Assembly (NCBI GenBank): GCA_025060975.1
Contig: JANZKA010000001.1
Location: forward strand, 108,283 to 172,282
Origin: Candidatus Culexarchaeum nevadense
GTDB taxonomy: Archaea; Thermoproteota; Methanomethylicia; Culexarchaeales; Culexarchaeaceae
Direction: 5' to 3'
Length of the DNA stretch: 64,000 bases
In this document: piece after piece, positions 22,199-34,904 of the stretch
Numbering within the stretch: the first letter of the stretch is position 1
Layout: each line of letters opens with the position of its first letter
Program-made: the position numbers and the translations under genes
Notes under the pieces: model-generated
Told to the model about the DNA's origin: nothing
The model's input: only the letters and a program-made list of their open reading frames with translations
The model's database searches: none

Positions 22199-23338
22199 TC
22201 AATTCGGTTGCGACATGATTTCTTTCATTTCTTCGAGACATTTTGCCCCATATCCGCTACTAAAATGCTTTCTAGCAGGCTCTAATATTTCCATAAGTTT
22301 GTTGGCTACGTACAGTTTTAGATCTAATGGGTGTATTTCTCCATTCATGTATGCATGTTCCAGTTCTTCATAATTTTCATACTTTTTACGCTCATTCGTT
22401 TTTTGATTTAAAATCTCTATGCATTCATCTTTTAAATGCCGCATAATTACATATTTCATTATTTCAATTATAGGATTGCAAGATACCTCTTTGGGAGGAC
22501 AGAAGGCATTTATTATTTTTCTCTTTATTTCACTTTCACTATCATGAATAAATATAGCACTGTCAGGTTTCGATTTTGACATTTTCAAATCAATTAATTT
22601 ATCTTCCATCGAATCGTAATTGTTGGATTTCATCAAATCAATTAATGCCAAGTAATCCTCTTTTCTCACATTTAATCCCATAAGTATATGGTGATGTAGT
22701 GCTACAGGTTTATATCCAAATGTTTCTTCGCCTATTTCAATAGCTATTATATGTGCTTTCCTTTGATCCATGCCTCCATGTGCCAAATTAACGTTTAATG
22801 AAAATATATCCGCAACTTGCATTGCAGGGTAAAGCAGATCAGAAAAGTAAAGTATTTCCTCTCTTTTTCTCCCCATAATTGATATTGATCTCCTCATTCT
22901 TGAAAGAGTGGTTTTCATAGCTGTTTTTATAATGTTTTCTAGGTAGGTTATACCAATTTTCTCATAGAATTCGGATCCTAAAACAAAATTTGTCTTTTCA
23001 GGATCCCCACCAGAAATCAATATAGATACTTTTAAGGCCTCTTTAAAATATCCTCCGGCAACTTTTCGTATAACATCAAGATCACCACCTAACTTTCTAT
23101 TGATCCAAGAATGAAAATCGGCTAAAAAAACTGTAGTCTTTATTCCAGCCTTTTGCAAATCTGCTACTTTTTGCATACAAATTAACCCAGTGCCCAGGTG
23201 GACGTAGCCAGAGATCTCAAGACCTATATAGTGATTCAATGGAATACCAAGCATTAAATAATTGTTCAACCTTTCTTCAGTTAGTAACTCTTCTGTGGGT
23301 GGCAATTTCACATAATGGAGTACTGTTCTTGCATCCAT
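22199..23338 (-). CDS. tyrS: tyrosyl-tRNA synthetase (archaeal type)
   Basis: 379 aa. HLGT (HIGH variant), YPAMQVADI..GGMDQRKAH and KMSKSK motifs. C-terminal resemblance to archaeal TyrRS. Confidence 0.8.
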   Translation of the reverse strand: MDARTVLHYVKLPPTEELLTEERLNNYLMLGIPLNHYIGLEISGYVHLGTGLICMQKVADLQKAGIKTTVFLADFHSWINRKLGGDLDVIRKVAGGYFKEALKVSILISGGDPEKTNFVLGSEFYEKIGITYLENIIKTAMKTTLSRMRRSISIMGRKREEILYFSDLLYPAMQVADIFSLNVNLAHGGMDQRKAHIIAIEIGEETFGYKPVALHHHILMGLNVRKEDYLALIDLMKSNNYDSMEDKLIDLKMSKSKPDSAIFIHDSESEIKRKIINAFCPPKEVSCNPIIEIMKYVIMRHLKDECIEILNQKTNERKKYENYEELEHAYMNGEIHPLDLKLYVANKLMEILEPARKHFSSGYGAKCLEEMKEIMSQPN

Positions 23339-23432
23339 ACATGATACCTCAATTTAAAGTTATGTTTATTATAATTTTAAATTTTATAGCGAAAATAAAA
23401 GTTTGGTGGAAGTCAAAGAACTACCAAAGTAC

Positions 23433-23852
23433 TTACAATATCACGAATTTTATTTTTATGATAGAATTTAAAAGTTTTATAGAAGATACGAGTCTTCTAT
23501 CTAAATCGCATGCTGCCTTATTGGCATTTATTAATAGTGTTCTTGGACATATATGATCACTTTTCCTTATGACTATACTAGTAGGGTCACTTAAAATTAA
23601 ATTCGGATCTCCGTAACCAATAACTTCATCTTTAACACAATTACATTCTATAATCACTTTAACTGCCACCTTGTTCCTCAAGCTTTTTTTGAACATTTCA
23701 GAAATATCTTTACACGCTTTATTAGATCTTACACCTATTATGCAGTCGCCTTTTTTAGTTAACATAGATTCCTTCGTGATTTCAAATGTAGATCTATGTG
23801 TTGCACGTATATTCGGATGACCGTATGCTATCACTTCTTCAATAATTGCCAT
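23433..23852 (-). CDS. DUF371-family conserved archaeal protein
   Basis: Cys-containing architecture of about 140 aa (GHPNIRATH..GDCIIGV) typical of DUF371. Confidence 0.4.
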   Translation of the reverse strand: MAIIEEVIAYGHPNIRATHRSTFEITKESMLTKKGDCIIGVRSNKACKDISEMFKKSLRNKVAVKVIIECNCVKDEVIGYGDPNLILSDPTSIVIRKSDHICPRTLLINANKAACDLDRRLVSSIKLLNSIIKIKFVIL

Positions 23853-23953
23853 AATAAACATTATGCTCATATGTTAAATGACTATTTTAATTTATCACAA
23901 AACAGTAGTTATTACTTCGAAAATAGTTTTATTAATAAAAGTATGGTTGTATA

Positions 23954-24649
23954 ATGTTAGTTAGTATGAAGAAATCTTTCGATGAGGAGAGAAGAAAGCT
24001 TGTAGAAAAATTAATACATGAAGGGATTTTAAAATCACAAAGTGTTATAAGAGCTATGCTGACAGTACCGAGAGAGCTTTTTGTACCATATAAATACAGA
24101 GAGCTAGCATACATAGATGCCCCTCTACCTACATTAGAAGGACAAACAATATCGGCACCGCATATGGTGGCAATAATTTGTGAATTGTTGATGTTGGACG
24201 TTGGAATGAAAGTATTAGAGGTTGGTGGAGGTTCCGGCTATCATGCAGCTGTATGTGCAGAAATAGTTGCACCAAAAGACATACCACGCGAAAAATGGGG
24301 ACATGTATATACTATTGAGAGAATACCAGCCTTAGTTGAATTTGCAAGAGAAAATTTGAGAAGGTGTGGATACGATGATAGAGTTGACGTGGTTTTGGGG
24401 GATGGAACCTTAGGGTATGAAGAAGCTGCACCATACGATAGAATATTTGTTACAGCAGCTGCACCCAGTATACCAAAACCACTAATAGATCAATTAAAAG
24501 ATGGAGGGAGGATAGTTATACCTATAGGTGGAAGCTTTTACCAAGAGTTGATAGTTGGTTTGAAAAAGGGTGATGAACTTCTAACATTTAGTGCTGGTGG
24601 CTGTGTTTTTGTACCTTTGATTGGCAAGTATGGTTGGAAGGAGTATTAG
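23954..24649 (+). CDS. pcm: protein-L-isoaspartate O-methyltransferase
   Basis: 231 aa. SAM-binding LEVGGGSGY and the QTISAPHMVA motif. Confidence 0.85.
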   Translation: MLVSMKKSFDEERRKLVEKLIHEGILKSQSVIRAMLTVPRELFVPYKYRELAYIDAPLPTLEGQTISAPHMVAIICELLMLDVGMKVLEVGGGSGYHAAVCAEIVAPKDIPREKWGHVYTIERIPALVEFARENLRRCGYDDRVDVVLGDGTLGYEEAAPYDRIFVTAAAPSIPKPLIDQLKDGGRIVIPIGGSFYQELIVGLKKGDELLTFSAGGCVFVPLIGKYGWKEY

Positions 24650-25692
24650 TTAAACCATTTCTTCAACGTTGTTTGTTTTGCTAGAATATCATAAACTTTT
24701 AATACTCTATCAATGGCTTTCTCCACACGTTCTTTTGAAAAATCATAGCATTCACATAAAATTTCAATAACTTTGTCTTTGTTAGGCTTACTCCATTTCA
24801 AGACGTAATTATCGGTAACTTGGGGATTTAGAAATAACTCTTTTATTTTGAAGGGATCAACTGGAAAAGTTGCCTTTTCTCCTAGAGATTGTAAGAGTGA
24901 AGTAAAATCTTTGTATTGCTTAACTAATTTTAATGCAGTTTTAGGACCTATGCCTTCAATACCATCAGGATTATAATCCGTACCTATTAATATCCCAATT
25001 TCGATTAACTGATTTCTCGTTATGTTCAGATGTTTTAATAATTTGTCAAGGTATATTATCTCAGGTTTAACTTCTACATAGACTTCCTTTCGAGGAAGTT
25101 TTCTCTTCCCACTTATGGTTAAATTTCTCAAGAGACGTGGTGAACCAAACAATAGTGAATCATAATCCTGACTTGCAGTAGCCCACGCATCTCCTTTTTG
25201 AACCATAAATGCGCTTTGGGCTTCACCCTCAGAGGGAGCTTGAACCCAAGGTACACCTAAAGCATCCAATAAGGCTTTAGCTTCATTAACCATATTTTCA
25301 TTTAATTGCGCCGTTTGCTGGGCGTAAATCTTAGCTGACTTTAGATCCCCCAATCTAATTGCTTCCTCATATTTTTTTAGAGCTTCTTCCTTTCTTTTTC
25401 TTCTCATTGAAATCTCGATCTCTTTTAATTCAGGAGGTTTTCCGTCAAAAACGTAAACCACCTTAATTTGAGCTTCCAGAAGATTCACGGTTCTATAGAA
25501 AAGACCGCTTAGATGACTAGTCACTCTACCTTTGCTATCTCTTAGTGGAGTACCATCAGGTTGTCTTATTATTGCCAAAAATTGATATAAAGCATTATAT
25601 CCATCAATTGCTATAACTTTATCCCTCAATAATGATAAATCAGTTTCTTCTATGGCTTCTGCGGGTATTATATCTCTTAAATCGACTCCCAT
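24646..25692 (-). CDS. fen: flap endonuclease 1 (FEN-1)
   Basis: 348 aa. XPG N/I domains (VIAIDGYNALYQFL) and a C-terminal PIP-like motif. Confidence 0.9.
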   Translation of the reverse strand: MGVDLRDIIPAEAIEETDLSLLRDKVIAIDGYNALYQFLAIIRQPDGTPLRDSKGRVTSHLSGLFYRTVNLLEAQIKVVYVFDGKPPELKEIEISMRRKRKEEALKKYEEAIRLGDLKSAKIYAQQTAQLNENMVNEAKALLDALGVPWVQAPSEGEAQSAFMVQKGDAWATASQDYDSLLFGSPRLLRNLTISGKRKLPRKEVYVEVKPEIIYLDKLLKHLNITRNQLIEIGILIGTDYNPDGIEGIGPKTALKLVKQYKDFTSLLQSLGEKATFPVDPFKIKELFLNPQVTDNYVLKWSKPNKDKVIEILCECYDFSKERVEKAIDRVLKVYDILAKQTTLKKWFN

Positions 25693-25693
25693 T

Positions 25694-25945
25694 TTAATTA
25701 CCTGCGTTTAAGCTTATCATTTTTTGTCCTTTTCTACCGGATGTAACATTTAGTTTACCCCATATTTCAAGCTTTATAAGGGCTTTTATGAAAAGGTTAT
25801 ATGATACTTTGTCATATTCTTGTTTTATTTTTTCATAAAGTTCGTTTTCATTGAATGTTTTTTTGGGATTTCTAAGAAGATTAGAAATTATTAGAGATTC
25901 TATGGGTTCAATAAGCCATAAAGAGTCTTTAGGTGATTTACTCAT
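25694..25945 (-). CDS. hypothetical small protein (83 aa), possible winged-helix
   Basis: ORF only. Tightly packed between FEN1 and CDC48 on the same strand. Confidence 0.3.
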   Translation of the reverse strand: MSKSPKDSLWLIEPIESLIISNLLRNPKKTFNENELYEKIKQEYDKVSYNLFIKALIKLEIWGKLNVTSGRKGQKMISLNAGN

Positions 25946-25957
25946 AGATACTCTCCT

Positions 25958-28204
<2,247 letters not shown>

Positions 28205-28266
28205 TTATTTTGTTTTTTGTTTAATCCGTTAAAGTGTATAATAGTGTCTTATGTTAATTTTAAATT

Positions 28267-28536
28267 TTAAATTCTACTCACATATTCGACTTCTACTTGA
28301 CTAACACTTGATATCTTACTTATAGCATCCTCAAGTATGGTTGTTCCACCTTGAGTATCTTCAGGCATCACAACAGCTATTTTTAATACATAAAGTCCAA
28401 AGGCAACAGGTTCCTTTGAATAACTACCAAAAGTTATTCCGTGAGGCAATGAATTTTTTATTTCGTTTGCAAGAGAATCTAAATCTACATCCACTGAAGA
28501 TGGATACACTTTCAATAAAACATATACTTTCCCCAT
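28267..28536 (-). CDS. ef1b: elongation factor 1-beta (aEF-1B)
   Basis: KVYVLLKVYP..VAFGL..KISSVSQVEV pattern of aEF-1beta. Start set at the internal MGKVY. Confidence 0.8.
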   Translation of the reverse strand: MGKVYVLLKVYPSSVDVDLDSLANEIKNSLPHGITFGSYSKEPVAFGLYVLKIAVVMPEDTQGGTTILEDAISKISSVSQVEVEYVSRI

Positions 28537-28552
28537 ATCTCCACCCCCTGCT

Positions 28553-28735
28553 TTAAGGCCCTTCAAAACCACAATTTGGGCATTTGTAGGAGGTAGCTAA
28601 CTTTCTGCAACGCTTATCACGCCATAACATATACCCACAGTTCGGGCAAGGAAAGTTTACGCCCTTTTCAAGTGGTAATATTGGGTATTTGCATGAAACA
28701 CATATGGGTAGTTCCAGAGATCCGCTTTTGGACAT
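28553..28735 (-). CDS. Zn-ribbon protein (conserved partner of aEF-1beta)
   Basis: 60 aa with two CPNCG-type ribbons. Conserved operon position upstream of ef1b. Confidence 0.6.
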   Translation of the reverse strand: MSKSGSLELPICVSCKYPILPLEKGVNFPCPNCGYMLWRDKRCRKLATSYKCPNCGFEGP

Positions 28736-28860
28736 ATCTTATCACTCTACACAAATTTATATTAACCCAATAAAAATTTTACTACATACACTTAAAAATA
28801 AAAATATCAACTGAGTACAAGTTAAATTAAGTACATAAGCAACATATTGGGGGATACAAA

Positions 28861-29223
28861 ATGTCAGACAATGTAAAACAAGTTATCGTCGTTAGAACTG
28901 ATTTAAACATGAGTGTTGGTAAAGTAGCAGCAGAGGTAGCACATGCCGCGGTTAATGCATCCGAGATTGCAAGGAAAAATGCTTATGAATGGTGGAAAAT
29001 GTGGATTGAAAGCGGTCAAAAGAAAATAGTATTAAAAATTGAGGGGGAAGAAAAGTTAATGGACCTTTACAAAAAAGCGTGTTCTCTAAATTTACCAGCA
29101 GCTCTAATTTATGATGCTGGATATACAGAAGTCCCCCCAAACACTCTTACATGTATAGGTATCGGGCCTGCACCTTCAAATTTGATTGACAAAGTGACAG
29201 GGCAATTACCATTACTAAAATGA
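28861..29223 (+). CDS. pth: peptidyl-tRNA hydrolase Pth2
   Basis: 120 aa. VIVVRTDLNMSVGKVAAEVAHAAV signature. Confidence 0.88.
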   Translation: MSDNVKQVIVVRTDLNMSVGKVAAEVAHAAVNASEIARKNAYEWWKMWIESGQKKIVLKIEGEEKLMDLYKKACSLNLPAALIYDAGYTEVPPNTLTCIGIGPAPSNLIDKVTGQLPLLK

Positions 29224-29236
29224 AGGTTGTTGTGTT

Positions 29237-30514
29237 ATGTTTGATATTACAAATAGTGAAATCGATCAAGAAATTGGTCTGAAATATTACGCTACTCCAA
29301 AAGATTTAAGTATAGTAGATGCACGTATAAGAGAAAGTTTTGATGACTTCGTTATCCAAGAAGTTCTTAGAGGAGGAATAATACTACCAAAAGAGAATAT
29401 GGATAATTTTATGGCTCCACTACGTGGTGAAGGAGAATATTTAAGAATAATATTGAAGAAAAAGGGTGTTGACACTCTACATGTAATAGGTAAATTATCA
29501 AAGGAAATGCGTATACCAATTTCTGATGTACAATTTTTAGGATTGAAGGATTCAAGGGGAATAGCTATTCAAAGTATAAGTATGAGGTACAAAAGAGGAG
29601 TTTATGTAGATGAAATTGACAAAAAATGTGGAAAAATAAAAATTCTGCGTTGGTACAAAGCATATGCACCACTAAGCTCTCACGAGTTGTGGGGGAATAA
29701 ATTTACAGTTACTATCAAAGTGGAAAAAAGGGAGGATGCAACGTCTCTTATTACAAGAATGGCACAAATTCAGAAAATCCTTTCATTATCAAGTATTTTT
29801 TCATATTTTGGTTATCAACGATTCGGCACAGAACAACCGTTTAACCATATTATTGGAAAAAACATTTTAAATAGGAATTACGATAAAGCATTGCAAAATA
29901 TGTTCAAAAAGGGAAATTATGATATCTTCAATGAAAATAAGGAAAATGAGGGAGAGGTATTAAGAAATATTTTTTCAAAAAGTAATATTGAAGTAGTGAA
30001 GTTTTTTTTACAATCCTACCAATCATTTTTATTTAACAAGATGATTAACAAAAGAATTGAAAAGAAAATTCCATTAGGGGAAGCTATAAACGGAGACATA
30101 GTAGGACCTGCAGAGACTACGCTATATAGGGAAGAAGACATAATCGAAGTAACAGAAAATAATAGAAATAAAATAAATTACTTAATAAGAAGAGGAATTC
30201 TCTCAGTATTATACCCTCTCCCAGGGTATCTAACAGATAGAAGGAAGATTCCGAAAGAAGAAGCTTATGAACCAATAGCGAAAGTGCTGAATGAAGAAAA
30301 AGTAACGTATAACGATTTCTCATTTAAAGAATTGCCAGAAATTTCTCTTGCAGGATATTATAGACCATTAACGTTTAAAGTTTACAATTTTGCATGGCAT
30401 TTAACAAAGGATGACAATATTTACTGTAGTTTTTTATTAAGAAAAGGAGGGTATGCAACCATAGTTTTAAGAGAAATTATCAAGCCAAAGAATCCAAAGA
30501 TTGTCGGATTTTAA
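29237..30514 (+). CDS. truD: tRNA pseudouridine(13) synthase TruD/Pus7
   Basis: FDDFVIQEV N-motif and catalytic FLGLKDSRGIAIQ (GxKD). Confidence 0.75.
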   Translation: MFDITNSEIDQEIGLKYYATPKDLSIVDARIRESFDDFVIQEVLRGGIILPKENMDNFMAPLRGEGEYLRIILKKKGVDTLHVIGKLSKEMRIPISDVQFLGLKDSRGIAIQSISMRYKRGVYVDEIDKKCGKIKILRWYKAYAPLSSHELWGNKFTVTIKVEKREDATSLITRMAQIQKILSLSSIFSYFGYQRFGTEQPFNHIIGKNILNRNYDKALQNMFKKGNYDIFNENKENEGEVLRNIFSKSNIEVVKFFLQSYQSFLFNKMINKRIEKKIPLGEAINGDIVGPAETTLYREEDIIEVTENNRNKINYLIRRGILSVLYPLPGYLTDRRKIPKEEAYEPIAKVLNEEKVTYNDFSFKELPEISLAGYYRPLTFKVYNFAWHLTKDDNIYCSFLLRKGGYATIVLREIIKPKNPKIVGF

Positions 30515-30536
30515 ATTAGATTTTAAAGTGTGATGA

Positions 30537-31871
30537 TTATGGGATTAATCTCCTTTTATCACGTGGAAACAATGTTACTTCGCGTATATCATTAACATTT
30601 GTTACTATCATAAGTAGTCTCTGAAGACCCATACCCCATCCAGCGTGTGGAGGCATACCATAATCGTAATAGGTTAAAAAGGGTTCAAATTTCTCAGGAT
30701 TCAATCCAAGTTTATTTAGCCTTTCTATGAGTTGTTCTTTAATATGTATTCTTGTACCTCCACTTGCTATTTCTAGCCAAGACCAATTAAGATCAAATGA
30801 TTCGCTTAATTCCGGATTTTCTTTTTTTGGCTTTATATAGAATGGTTTAAGAGAAAGGGGCCAGTCTATTATGAAATATGGTCCGTTGACTTCATTTCCA
30901 ATCAGTTTATTTCCGGATACTGGAATGTCTTCACCCATGCTTATATCAAATCCTTTGCTTCTCAATATTTCTATAGCCTCTTTATATGTAAGTATCTTAA
31001 ATGGAGCTGTTGGTATTTTAAAATTAGGGTTCAAAAATTTTAACTCATTTTCATTGTTTGCAGTTACCTTTTCAAGTGCATATATTATTAGTTGCTCTAG
31101 AATACTCATAACATCTTGTCTTTCAGCAAATGCCATTTCTATGTCTACGGATATAAATTCATTTAAATGGTATGAAGTATCAAATTCCTCAGCTCTATAG
31201 AATTGTGAGATTTCATAAACTTTTTCAAAACTGGATGTGAGTGCTTCCTTATATAGTTGTGGGCTTTGTGCAAGGAAAGCGCTTCTACCAAAATAATTGA
31301 CAGAGAAAAGTGCTGCACCTCCTTCCGTTGCAGTAGCCAATATTTTTGGTGTAAAAACTTCCATGAAACCGTGATTTTGTAAGTATTCTCTTATAGCATT
31401 TATTAAAGTGTTTTTAATTTTGAATATGTATATTCTCTCTTTTATCCGTAAGTCTAACACCCGCATGTCAAGTCTCTTTTCAAGATTTGCAGAGATTTTC
31501 CCAGAAGTATCTATTGGGAGTGGAGTCTTCGCTACATTCAATATCTTTATGTCTGTGGGTATTACTTCAACTCCACTTTTAGCAATAACACTCCTTTTGA
31601 TGATCCCTTTTACACCAATAACGGATTCTCTTGTTAGCTTTCGTATGTCATTTAGTCTATCTTTATGAAAATCACGTTTATTTATTGTTATTTGAACTTT
31701 TCCTTCTCTATCTTTTAAAATGATGAAAATTATCCCACCTAAATCTCTAACCTCATCAACCCATCCAAATATTGTAGTAGGTTCCCCATCTTTATCAGCT
31801 GTAATTTGATTAGAAAAATGCGTTCTTCTCCAATCACCTAATTCGTCAAGTTTCATATTAGCCCAACTCAC
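30537..31871 (-). CDS. aspS: aspartyl-tRNA synthetase (archaeal class IIb)
   Basis: 444 aa. N-terminal OB (anticodon-binding) domain and class II motifs (FYRAEE, GGTRIH, GMGLQRL). Confidence 0.88.
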   Translation of the reverse strand: MSWANMKLDELGDWRRTHFSNQITADKDGEPTTIFGWVDEVRDLGGIIFIILKDREGKVQITINKRDFHKDRLNDIRKLTRESVIGVKGIIKRSVIAKSGVEVIPTDIKILNVAKTPLPIDTSGKISANLEKRLDMRVLDLRIKERIYIFKIKNTLINAIREYLQNHGFMEVFTPKILATATEGGAALFSVNYFGRSAFLAQSPQLYKEALTSSFEKVYEISQFYRAEEFDTSYHLNEFISVDIEMAFAERQDVMSILEQLIIYALEKVTANNENELKFLNPNFKIPTAPFKILTYKEAIEILRSKGFDISMGEDIPVSGNKLIGNEVNGPYFIIDWPLSLKPFYIKPKKENPELSESFDLNWSWLEIASGGTRIHIKEQLIERLNKLGLNPEKFEPFLTYYDYGMPPHAGWGMGLQRLLMIVTNVNDIREVTLFPRDKRRLIP

Positions 31872-31882
31872 TCCTATTTTTA

Positions 31883-32386
31883 TTACTCCTCAATTATACG
31901 AATGTTCTCTTTGATAAACCTAGATAATATTTTTTCTGCAACGTCTTTAGAAAATTTAAGTCGAGAAATGTCTGCCTTGGAAATTTTTATATGATTTTCG
32001 CAACTACCATCTGGGAGCCATATGGTGTTAACACTTTTTACCTTTACGGGGAAAAGTATCTGTTCTGCAAGTTGTCTAATACTCATGGTTTTTTCTACTA
32101 TTTTAACATTTTTGCCGAGTTTATTCTTTATTGTTGATGCTATTTTATTCCAAGTAGCTTTTGGTATTTTACTTCCACTTCTTACGAGTAATATTATTGT
32201 GTCGTCAGCATGCATGGCTTTATAAAAAGTGGAATTACGCAACTCTGGAAATTTATACTCCAATTCAAGAAAAAGTCTACTTATCTGAATGTCGATATCT
32301 TCTATTTCACCTGAATCTAATTTACTTTGACAACTTTTACACAAAATACCACTTTTCAAACATATTATACAGATAGGTAGATTCAA
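31883..32386 (-). CDS. N-terminal Zn-ribbon protein with KH-like segment (RNA-binding, uncharacterised)
   Basis: CIICLKSGILCKSC ribbon and a G-x-x-I...LGKNVKI KH-like motif. Identity not secure. Confidence 0.3.
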   Translation of the reverse strand: MNLPICIICLKSGILCKSCQSKLDSGEIEDIDIQISRLFLELEYKFPELRNSTFYKAMHADDTIILLVRSGSKIPKATWNKIASTIKNKLGKNVKIVEKTMSIRQLAEQILFPVKVKSVNTIWLPDGSCENHIKISKADISRLKFSKDVAEKILSRFIKENIRIIEE

Positions 32387-32528
32387 ACCTCATCCTCCAC
32401 TTTTAAGTATCTAGTTTAAAAATAACATTAAAGAATATATGTATTTTCATTTTGTTTAAAAAAGAGTTTCTAATACCAACCATTTTTAAGTAAAAATTAA
32501 AATATAGCGGTACAAAATTATCAAGAAG

Positions 32529-33038
32529 ATGTTTTACATTGATGTTGGTGATGTGGAAATGAAGATACGGGAAGAAAAAACCTTTCTTACTGAAAAACAA
32601 TATTTACTGCTATTAAAATTATACGAAAATTCAATGGAAACAAATATAAGAAGTGTTAATAAGTCTCAAAACGAACTTGCTAACGAGTTAGGGATAACAA
32701 GACAAGCATTAAGCGTACATTTAAGAAAATTAAAGGAAAAAAATCTTATCAGAACGGGTAGAGGATTCATAGACCTCACTGAAAAAGCGCTTAATATTAT
32801 TGAGGAAAAGACTAATGAGTCATTTATAATAATTAAAGTTCAACCACAGAAAAGAAATCAAGTATACGAACAAATAAGTAAAATATCTTGTTTGAAAAAG
32901 GCGTATAGAGTAACAGGGGAAATCGACGTGATAGCTATTGTAAGTCAATCATCGCTTGATGAATTCTTAAAAGAAGTATCCAAAATAGACGGGATAACAT
33001 TTACTTCAGCACATGTAGTCATCACAAGATTAAAATAA
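32529..33038 (+). CDS. Lrp/AsnC-family transcriptional regulator
   Basis: HTH (QNELANELGITRQALSVHLRKLKEKNLI) plus a C-terminal RAM-like domain (AYRVTGEIDVIAIV). Confidence 0.7.
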   Translation: MFYIDVGDVEMKIREEKTFLTEKQYLLLLKLYENSMETNIRSVNKSQNELANELGITRQALSVHLRKLKEKNLIRTGRGFIDLTEKALNIIEEKTNESFIIIKVQPQKRNQVYEQISKISCLKKAYRVTGEIDVIAIVSQSSLDEFLKEVSKIDGITFTSAHVVITRLK

Positions 33039-33139
33039 AATTTTGTCAAAATAAACCTTAAAACTATTTGATTAATGACGTGATAAAGTTTTTATTTACC
33101 TCCAATTTTAAACTTAAAACTAGAAAATAGGTGTATATC

Positions 33140-33301
33140 ATGCCTATACAGGACCAAGAAGCTTTGAAAATCGCCCAGCAAAAAAGGTTATTTTTCATGA
33201 TATGTAGAGAATGTGGTGCTCGAAATCCACCAAACGCTACAAAATGTAGACGTTGCAGGAGAAAGAATTTAAGATGGAAAAAGCGTGAAAGATCAAAATA
33301 G
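33140..33301 (+). CDS. rpl40e: 50S ribosomal protein L40e (53 aa, missed by the ORF track)
   Basis: Manual translation gives MPIQDQEALKIAQQKRLFFMICRECGARNPPNATKCRRCRRKNLRWKKRERSK, with C4 zinc-ribbon and basic tail as in L40e. Confidence 0.8.
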   Translation: MPIQDQEALKIAQQKRLFFMICRECGARNPPNATKCRRCRRKNLRWKKRERSK

Positions 33302-33424
33302 TATTAGGGAACTTAGGGAACATTGTAAGAATAATAACCATTTTTAAGGAAACATACATAATACATGATGGTAAATACAACAGACATTAAACAAATAAAA
33401 GGGAGAAAGAAGAACTATAGTTAT

Positions 33425-33498
33425 GGGCGGGTCGTCTAGCTGGTTAGGATACCGCCCTCACACGGCGGTGGTCCTGGGTTCAAATCCCAGCCCGCCCA
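33425..33498 (+). tRNA. tRNA-Val (anticodon CAC)
   Basis: Identical to the 7118-7194 tRNA except anticodon position 34 (C instead of T). CCA is not encoded. Confidence 0.85.
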
Positions 33499-33545
33499 TT
33501 TCAAATATAAGCCTAGTTTCATAAAACACAAGTGGTAAATATCAA

Positions 33546-34805
33546 CTACAGAGATATTTCTTCTCCAGCATCTGGTATGATTATATCTTCAGCTATTTTT
33601 TCATCTTGAAGCACTTTTTTGAATTTTTCAAGTTTATTTTTATCACCATGAACTAATATGACTTTTTTGGCGCCTGTCATTCTTATAGTATGTAGTAATT
33701 CTTTGTTGCCACAATGTGATGAAAAATCAAACCATTTTACTTTGGCATTTACTTTCTCAGTTTTACCCCTAAAATTATAAGTGCCATTTTTCATTAGCAT
33801 GGCACCAGGAGTGTCTTCAACTTGATAAGAAACCAAGAAAATTGCATTCTTTTCATTTCTTGCTGTCTTTTTCACATAAAATCGTACGTTTCCTCCTTTA
33901 AGCATACCTGCGGGGGCTATTATTATTCCAGGCTCTTTGCAAGCTTTCTTTCGTTCTGACCAGCTGTTCACCCATATTGCTCGTTTATGAGCTTCTAACA
34001 ATAATGAGTAATCTCTAAAGAAATCTGGATTGTCTAAAAAGATGTTGCTGGCATCCTTTGCCATTCCATCAATGTATATTTTCCCTCTCACATTGTATTG
34101 ATGTAGTACACAAAGTACTTCTTGGGCACGTCCAACTGAAAAAGCAGGTATGACTACAATACCACCATTACTTACTACTTCGTTCACAGAAGAAATAAAG
34201 TCATGTTCAATTTTTGTCCTATCTTCGTGTTCAATTGTTGCATAAGTCCCTTCAATAATTATTGCATCTAAACTTGGAAAATTTATTTGTGCACCATGTA
34301 ACATTTTTGTATTTATAGTATTGAAATCTCCCGTGTATAACAGCTTTTTACCATCGCCTTCTATGAAAAACATTGAACTACCGGGTATATGTCCTGCATT
34401 CAGTAATTGAACAGAGAGATCTTTCAACTTAAAATTGGCATTTATGCTTATTGGTTTAGCTGATTTAATCATATTGATTAATTCCAAAGATTCGTACGGT
34501 AAATAGTATGATGATAATTTTATAAGATCCTTTATCAACAGTTCACTTATCTCAATAGTAATTTTTGTTGCTATTAATCTTGGTTTTGCGGAAACATAAA
34601 AAATGGGTATTCCACCAGAATGATCTAAGTGAGCATGAGTAAGTAATATTGCATCCAATTCCTTGCTAGAAACAGGTATAGGGAATTTTGGTTCGTTTTT
34701 AGAAAAAGAAATACCATAATCCATTAGTATATTGGATATTGATGTAGTTAATTGTATCGCAGATCTTCCGATCTCTCCAGCTGCGCCAAGTACAGTTACC
34801 TTCAT
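33546..34805 (-). CDS. beta-CASP metallo-beta-lactamase ribonuclease (aCPSF2/RNase J-like)
   Basis: 419 aa. VTVLGAAGEIGRSA N-terminus, HAHLDHSGG motif and a beta-CASP region. No KH domains. Confidence 0.75.
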   Translation of the reverse strand: MKVTVLGAAGEIGRSAIQLTTSISNILMDYGISFSKNEPKFPIPVSSKELDAILLTHAHLDHSGGIPIFYVSAKPRLIATKITIEISELLIKDLIKLSSYYLPYESLELINMIKSAKPISINANFKLKDLSVQLLNAGHIPGSSMFFIEGDGKKLLYTGDFNTINTKMLHGAQINFPSLDAIIIEGTYATIEHEDRTKIEHDFISSVNEVVSNGGIVVIPAFSVGRAQEVLCVLHQYNVRGKIYIDGMAKDASNIFLDNPDFFRDYSLLLEAHKRAIWVNSWSERKKACKEPGIIIAPAGMLKGGNVRFYVKKTARNEKNAIFLVSYQVEDTPGAMLMKNGTYNFRGKTEKVNAKVKWFDFSSHCGNKELLHTIRMTGAKKVILVHGDKNKLEKFKKVLQDEKIAEDIIIPDAGEEISL

Positions 34806-34904
34806 TTTTCACTTACCTAATGATGATACAACCTAGTAATTAAGACAAGACACAAAAATATAATATTTACGTTTTTAACAATGTGGTGACACAATTTTAA
34901 TGCC

